The notes beneath the pieces were generated by a model. It was not told where the DNA came from, did not search any database, and saw only the letters and a list, made by a program, of their open reading frames with translations. From Rhodosorus marinus CCMP1338 (Eukaryota > Plantae > Rhodophyta): a stretch of DNA of 64,000 nt. A program made the position numbers and the translations under genes. The stretch lies in contig JAMWBK010000002.1 in the NCBI GenBank assembly GCA_029953675.1, positions 1,674,001 through 1,738,000 of the forward strand, read 5' to 3'. Positions 56,991 through 64,000 of the stretch are shown here, in pieces; the stretch's first letter is position 1; every line of letters starts with the position of its first letter.

Positions 56991-57649
56991 TAATAAATTT
57001 TCTGTTAGTAAAACCTTTAAACCATTCGACTAATATAGCAAGTAGAAACCGGTATTATTGCAAATATGAATATAGGATTAATTTGTGTGGTCGAGCTCTG
57101 ACAAAACAATCGAGGGGAACGCTAGGAGCGGCTTTGGGCAGCGAAGATCGAGCACCTCTGGCAGTAAGATTTGACACAGCCAGTGTCCCGCACCACCGCT
57201 CTGGCGTCTGGCTTCCCAGGCCCGTTGTATTTTGCATTCTAGCTTCCTTTTACCTACGCTATCGAACACCACTCAAAGAAAGCCACCACCATACTACTCA
57301 CGGTATGTGAATAGCATGGTCAGTCTCCACAGGGAAGAGGGCCGCTCTCATAGGTTCACGAAACCGCCTCGTTTGCCCTGGATAAATATCGAGTTTGGCA
57401 TACCTCTGGGCACCTTGTTTGGAATTGTACATCATCCGCTGATCATCTGCGCTTGATTTTACTGAGGGTCATTTGCCATACTTAGAAATCAGGTTCCAAC
57501 ACCTCCAACACCTCCAACACCTCCAACATCGAAGCAGCGTTCATATAGGTTGCGAAGGGTATGTCGAGAGCACAACCAGCCTCAGAGCCGCCGGGCATGT
57601 TGGGTTTATTCTCACCGGTTTCAATGCTTCATTTTTTGGAGAGCTTCAA

Positions 57650-58110
57650 GCGTACGGAAATAGTCCTTGGGAGCGGCTACGGAATCTTCTACCAGTTTTA
57701 GCCGGTCCATCAAAAACGCCCACTTCACCCTTGCTCACTGGATGAATAGCTTCCAGCATCAAAGCTGCGGGCGATCCTCCCCGCGAATAGGCTTTCCTTC
57801 CCCGCGGTCCTTCCCCTCGGTGTGGCCTAGTGCCCCGCCCGTCAAAAAGGCCCTGCCCACCCTTTCTCGCTAGATGAATCCAGTGTGGCTTAAGAACCCC
57901 TGCAATGCTGCTTTGGTGCTCAGGCGATCTTCGCCGTGAATAGGCTTCTACCAGTTTTAGTTCCCCGCCGAGTCAAAAATGCTCAGTCGGCCCTTGTTCA
58001 CTGGATGAATCCAGGTGTTGCCTATGAGCCCCTGTAGTGCTGTTTTGATGCTGCAGGCGATCCTCGCCGCGGGTAGGCTTTCCTACCGCTCGGTCCTTCC
58101 CCTCGGAGAC
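57650..58110. repeat. Imperfect direct repeats (~260-280 bp period)
   Basis: CTTCTACCAGTTTTAG, CCCTTG.TCACTGGATGAAT and GGTCCTTCCCCTCGG each recur. Confidence 0.6.
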
Positions 58111-58380
58111 TGTTTTTTCTTTCAGTTTTAAACGAAACCAAATCGTTCAAAGGCTATCTACATAAATGAACATCTGACTAAAGTTCGAATTTCTGGTGCC
58201 GTTACGCCGTATAAGTGCCGCGCTATGGCGATTTTCTAGCAATGTGCACGCTGAGGCGCGCCACCGCCGTCTGAGCTCGCCTGCTCTTCTCCTTGGTCCC
58301 TAATTCCTGCGTAGCGCTTGAGGCTAGTATCGTAATAAATTTCAATCGGAGACTGAAAAACGCGGAGGGCAAAAATAAAG

Positions 58381-58449
58381 TCTAAATATTAATTGGGGGC
58401 CCTGAGAACAACGCTTCGTTGTTCTCAGGGCCCCCAATCTATATTTAGA
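58381..58449. repeat. Near-perfect inverted repeat (22-bp perfect arms, 3-nt loop, plus a 9-bp outer extension)
   Basis: ATTGGGGGCCCTGAGAACAACG-CTT-CGTTGTTCTCAGGGCCCCCAAT, flanked by TCTAAATAT and ATATTTAGA. Confidence 0.9.
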
Positions 58450-58464
58450 TAGTCTCGGCACGTA

Positions 58465-58730
58465 TTGTGGTGCTCACAGATTCCAGAGTTTCCTTTGGAA
58501 AGCTGCAAGGATCTGGAAAAGAAAAAATTGGAATCGCTACGGGAATGTCCTACCAGTGGCGTTCATTCGGCAGCTACCGCAGGCCCCGTTCTTACAGGTT
58601 CCAGCCTTTCTTTGTGGAAAGCTTTAGCCACCTGGAAAGGACGGGTTTGGAATGGTTGCGGAAATGCTTTCCTGATCAACCTGTTGAATACTTGGAACTC
58701 CTACGACGTTTCAGTGTCGTTCTATAATGA
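58465..58730 (+). mobile_element. Family C RLE fragment
   Basis: RFQPFFVESFSHLERTGLEWLRKCFPDQPVEYLELLRRFSVVL. Confidence 0.7.
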
Positions 58731-59399
58731 TATCCAAACAGTAGGGTCGTGCAGGAAATGAATTGCCCACCCCTTGCCCAGCAACTTTTTGAGACTCGCG
58801 TTTGCCCACACTCCGTATGATATACCAATTTCATGGAAACAGCAGGTGGAATTTTACCCGTTTACTGCACACCCCCTCAAAAACACGTTACCCACCTTTG
58901 TTCACTGGACGGAATCGACTATGCCTCGCCCACCGCGGGTAGGACTGGTTTTTAATTGGTGGGCAAATCAATGATTAGCTAATACATATGCTTACGGCAA
59001 TACATTGGATAAACTGAAAAAGATTAAATTGTGTAAGTTAAATAATTTCAGGATTAGGCTTGAGTAAGAATAAAGAATACCAATGATAAGGATGTAAATT
59101 TCTTAAGGGATTATGAATGGTGAATTTAAACCAGAAGCCTCTTCTATTGGTCATACAGTCTGCACACTTGTTTCTTGCGTATTTCAATATAGTTCAGTGA
59201 CAGGAGTAGATAGAAGCCTTCAACGCACACTAGAGGACCTTGCAAATGGGAACACGGACGGATGGCTATGGGTTGACATATTCTGCTGCTAGCATGCACG
59301 AGGTCAAAAATTAGACTGTCTGCGCCTCTCAGACAGTCTAGCAGAGCTCCAGGAATACAGATCGTTAGGAGAAGGACTGTGCGCTGCTTGCTGCCACTT

Positions 59400-59950
59400 G
59401 CAGATGCCAAAGCAGCGGAGTCCGCAGTACGACGAGGTCAAGGCTAAGCTGATCTTCAACCATTGCGACCTACCGATAAGTAGTCACTTGCAGAAGTGCG
59501 AGCGGTACATAATCGCAGGTGACGCTCCCACACCCAGCGGGAGATCCGCCTTAACGCCGTAGTCCGCCAGTTCAACTTCGCTTGGAAAAACGGAAAGCGC
59601 GGACGTGATTTTTGTCCGCCCATGAAGAAAAAGGAAACCCAGTAGAGCTCGACTTTAAGCTTGCAAGGATTTTAGCCCTACGGAACCTACCGTTTCGGCT
59701 GGTTGAAGACCCAGGGTGAGAAAGTAGGTTTGAGAACTCGTGCTCATGCTAATCGTGTCTATTCTTTCCAATAGGAGCTGACTTTCACAGTTTTTTTTTT
59801 GAGGGTTCTTTAAGATCTTAGGATATCAGCTACCCAAAAGGAGGGACATCCCGGATCTGATAGGCAGCATTTTCAAAAGAGAGAAGAGAGGGAGGCAAAG
59901 TTTATCAAGGGTTCAAAAGTTCTAACCCTCATCACGTACGTAAAGCTAGG
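59400..59950 (+). pseudogene. hAT-type DNA transposase remnant
   Basis: BED-like ISSHLQKC, then KLARILALRNLPFRLVEDPG and GYQLPKRRDI, matching the hAT LPF..VE.PGF / Y.LPSR pattern. Contains stops. Confidence 0.55.
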
Positions 59951-60049
59951 AATTGTTGCCTCCGCTTCTACGGTATAACTCGCCTTCCAATGCTCTTGTG
60001 AGAAGAACGATGATTCGACTTCCATGCAAGAAATTTAATCGTCTGCAAA

Positions 60050-61745
60050 CTGGGGAATGCTCCCAAGCCCGATTCGAGCTCAAGTAACTCTTCTACTCAT
60101 ACCCTATGGATCCCTTGTCCTCTGTATCCACGAAGCTCGAAGTACCGTTCAGCAACAACCAGCTTCGCGGAGATTCCCGCATCGGGTGATACAGAACCGA
60201 GCGCGGTTGGAACGGAGAGGAGCCAGACCAGAAGGAGGTTCCCGAAATCAAACAGTAGTTAGAGATCGACTGTGGCAACAGTGCGGGCCAGCTCTTCCGA
60301 ACACGTGGAAGACGCCGCCATTGCACAAGTGATTTCGGAATACGAGACGCACTCGAAAGGCCTTCAAGGCAGTGCAATCCCACAGCTGCGACTACGTGCG
60401 CGAATAGCAGGACAACAGGTGGAAGCCGTGATGGACACAGGAGCGGTGGTCAATCTCCTCGACCCCAGCGTGCAGCAAGCAGCGGGATTGAAGGAGGAAA
60501 CCAAGCGGAAGAGATTATCGTCCGTATTCGGGGACGACCGCGAAGTTTCCGGTAAACGCTGTGAAGATCGAATGCCACCCGAAGTGGGTGAGCACGACGT
60601 GTTTCCACATTACGCCACTGGGTGGTGCGAGGGCGATCTTGGGATTGCCGTGGCTAACAGCGAGTCAGGCAGTGGTACATGCAGCACCACGCATGGTAAC
60701 CGTCTACACCCGGGACGTAGGTGATCTAGTCCTACGCTGCAACCAGGGGGTGAAAAAAGTGGAGGACAACGCACAAGTCGCACTAGTAGGGCGAAAAGAG
60801 CTCGACGAAGAAGACGACTGTGGCATTCTTCAGGTGCGAAGCCTGGATCAGGAAATGCGTGAAGCGTATCCAGATGTCATCCAACAACAGTTGGTGGTGC
60901 TGCCACCGCGAAGGGAGGTAGAAGCCGAGGCAGACACGGGAGACGCTGAGCAGTGTTTCGGAGTCCATATAGACTCCCGCCGCTCGAGAGGAAAGAACTA
61001 TCAAACCAGCTGGATGCGCTACTTCGGCTTGGTTTCATCCAACCATCAGAGAGTTCCTTGGGCGCACCTGTTCTCTTCGTGAAGAAGAAAACCAGGGAAC
61101 TCCGGCTGGGTGTGGACTACCGAGGACTGAACCGGGTTACTAAGCGATTAAGGTATCCGTTACCGAGAATTGACGACCTATTCGACCAATTAGGAGAGGC
61201 CCGAGTATTCTCCAAGCTCGATCTACGAAGTGGCTACCACCAGCTGAGGATCTCGGAAAAGGATGTGCCGAAGACAGCGTTCGTCTCGGAGTTCGGACAC
61301 TTCGAGTGGAGGCTGGCACCTTTTTGGACTGACATTTCTACCCGCTTACTTCAGTAAGCTGAGGAGAGAGATACTCCGGAAGTGGATGGGCAAGTGTGTC
61401 GTAGTCTATTTAGATGACATACTGATATATTCGCCCGATGAAGAAAGTCATCGACATGCCGTTCGTAATGTGATGAATGAACTACAGAGGGCAAAGCTCA
61501 TTGTGCACCCGAAGAAATCGTCATTTGGGATGACAGAGGTGGAATATCTAGGCTTCAAGATCTCAGAAGGCACCATCTGCATCGACGACGCCAGGGTAGC
61601 TGCTGCGAGGAAACTCAAATTTCCGATTACGATCAAAGGGGTAAGGTCCATTATGGGGTTGGACGCTTACTTTCGTCGCTTTATTCGCGATTTCTCAAGT
61701 ATAGCAGCCCTGTTAACGGACCTCCTGAAACAAGGACGCCCGTAA
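60050..61745 (+). mobile_element. Ty3/Gypsy LTR retrotransposon pol remnant (protease plus RT), frameshifted
   Basis: MDTGAVVN; [52 protein letters not shown]; VYLDDILIYS. Confidence 0.9.
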
Positions 61746-61749
61746 CGTT

Positions 61750-63900
61750 AGCATGTAAGCAGCACTCACCTTATGTGCGACCCGATGCACCGTGGTCTGA
61801 AAGGCTTCGGGTTGCGTAGCGGTAGGTTTGTTGTCGATAGTAATACCAATGCGCTAGTGGAAAACTCCGGGTCGCGCCTACCTGCATCATATCGTACTTT
61901 CTGCACTTGCTTAACATATAGCATGTTATTCCGCGCCTCCGTGTGTCGATCGTGTTGACGTCGTATCAGAACTTCAATCTCGTCAGGAGGAGGAGAAGGG
62001 GTAGCTTCATCGGCACGCGGTACAGCTAATGTCCCTGGTAGGTCGGGATTGCGCCCATACAAAAGTTCGAAAGGTGAATACTTCGTCGCCTCAGAAATTT
62101 TTGAGTGTTGTAGATCAACTCCGCTATGGGTAGATCCGAGGCCCAGGTTGCTTGGGTACTACTGCACCTCAAATACGTCTCCAGAGTTTGGTTGACCCGC
62201 TCAGTTTGTCCATCCGTCTGGGGATGGCACGCAGTACTCATGATGGTTTTCACCTTCAACAGCCGCATAAGTTGCGGCCCGATAGACTGGTAAATCACGG
62301 TCGGAAACAATCGTGCGGGGTAGTGCATCGAAGAGTACCCAGTTCTGGAGGAAGAGTTCGGCTGTTATGCGCGCTTCTGCACCAGTCCTAGTCGAGACAA
62401 ACTTTGCGTACTTGGAGAATCGGTGGACGGTACCAAGATTGGTTCGCCAGTAGCAACGCCGCTTCAACAGGTTGACAGATTTGTGGATGCCGAAATGACC
62501 TCCAGTAGGTTCCTTATGATGCCTCCGAAACAGGTCGGGTACGAATTTCTGCGGCACACAGATACGTTGATGTTTGTATAGGATGTCCTGCTTCCTGAGA
62601 AAGCCTTGCGCCGCATACTTCGCTGCCTCCAGAAAAATACTGCTGCAAGGTCAGGGTCCTGCACGCTCCAGGCCAATCCTGATGGGGTATGAGCGCAAAG
62701 GTCCGTACGAAGTATGAAACGTTGTGCCTCCACATACGTCCGCCAATGTCACGGCCAGGGTTAACGCAAATACTAATTCGCGTTCATATGTCGAGTACTT
62801 CTGCTCGGTAGTAGTAAACTTGTGGAGAAATACGCGATTGGGTGCTCTCCGTCTTCACATGTTTGTAGCAGCACAGCACCCTCTCCCTTGCTGCTAAGCG
62901 TCTGTGCAAATGGTGAATGTTTGCGTGAAGTCGGGATTTCGAAGGACTGAGTGCTCCATTAATTTTGACCGCGTGTGTCAAACGCTTCCTGCTGCTCAGG
63001 TCCCAACCGAAATCTTTCGTCCTTCTTGGTTACGTCCCATCAGAGGTGTTGCTACGAGGCTGAACCGGGACACATAACTGCGGGGATAGCCCGTAAAGCC
63101 CAGGAAGGACCTTACGTCATTCACGTTCTCCGGGGTTCGCCAATTTTTTAAATGCAGCTGCTTTCCTGGGATCTGGTCGCCGCTTTCCTCCTCCAACGAG
63201 ATGACCCAGATATTTGGTCTCCGGAGCACCAGAAACGCACTTTGATCTTTTGGTATACAACTTCTTGTCCCTCAGTTTTGAAACAACGACATCCGGGTGT
63301 ATCTTATGGTCGTCCGAATTCGCAGAGTATATGATGATCTCGTCAAAAAAGATTGGGACGAAAACCCCTAACTCGTTAAAGAAAATGTGGTTGCAATAAT
63401 CGGGTGAAGATGGCCGGCGGCGCATTTGTCAGTCCAAAAGGCATGACGCGCCATTCATATAGGCCAAATGGCGTCGTGAATGCCGTTTCGGGTATGTCGG
63501 CTTCTTTTACCAAAATTTGCCAATGACCACTCCTCAGATCGATGAGACTGAGCTATGTGGCGCTTCCGAGTGCATCAAGGCAGTCATCAATCCGTGGCGG
63601 GCTCGTTTTGTTGAGGATTGTTACTTTGTTCAACCTTCGGTAGTCTATACCCAGTAGTTGCCCATCATCGTTTTTGTCCACAAAAAAGCATGGCGAAGCG
63701 AATGGTGACGAGCTAGGTCGAACAAGGTTTCTGCTTAAAAGATCATTAAGTTGACTTTTCAGCTCCTGGTGCCCGAGACTCATGAGGTATGGTCATTGCG
63801 TGTTGGCACTGTCCCAGGTTTCAAGTAGATTGCGAGGTTGACATTTCGCCAGGGGCTTAGGTTCTTAATATCATCTACGAAAACGTTCGCGTAGTTTTCC
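61750..63900 (-). mobile_element. Second Ty3/Gypsy pol remnant (RT, RNase H, integrase), decayed
   Basis: LVRPSSSPFASP..DYRRLN..PRIDD; AYFSHKFT..YSTYERE; H..PTGGHFG; HPQTDGQTERVNQTLE. Confidence 0.9.
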
Positions 63901-64000
63901 GTGATGAATTTCTACAGATCCTTTGCCTCTTCCCTTTGCTCTCCGTAAATTCCTCTTTATCTTTGGTTGCGGGTTCCTCCAAGGTTTGGATAGCACCATT

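Noticed and set aside
57497-57530. (CAACACCTC)x3 microrepeat
   Set aside because: A short slippage repeat with no supporting context.
1-64000. tRNA, rRNA, U2/U4/U5/U6 genes
   Set aside because: A scan by eye found no convincing T-loop/cloverleaf or snRNA signatures. tRNAscan-SE and Infernal would be needed to exclude them.

Overview
Eukaryotic nuclear DNA with short GT-AG introns of about 65-150 nt. The gene content and transit-peptide style suggest a red alga, which is inference only. Bases 1-30.2 kb are gene-dense. They hold two convergent sulfotransferase-like paralogs, MgtE, a Trf4/PAPD5-type polymerase, a front-end fatty-acid desaturase, two convergent overlapping TMEM223/TMEM70-like genes, KRTCAP2, MAP65/PRC1 and, most strikingly, a 20-exon nuclear gene for a cyanobacterial-type DNA polymerase III alpha subunit (DnaE). 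That DnaE has an N-terminal transit-peptide-like extension, intact catalytic and PHP residues, no split intein and no recognisable beta-clamp motif. Bases ~31-64 kb are a nest of decayed or nested CRE-clade RLE non-LTR retrotransposons (at least three families, labelled A, B and C here), Ty3/Gypsy fragments and a hAT remnant. Inside the nest are a U1 snRNA wedged between two retroelement 3' ends and two intronless paralogous secreted proteins. Exon models were built by hand. Mobile-element boundaries are approximate.
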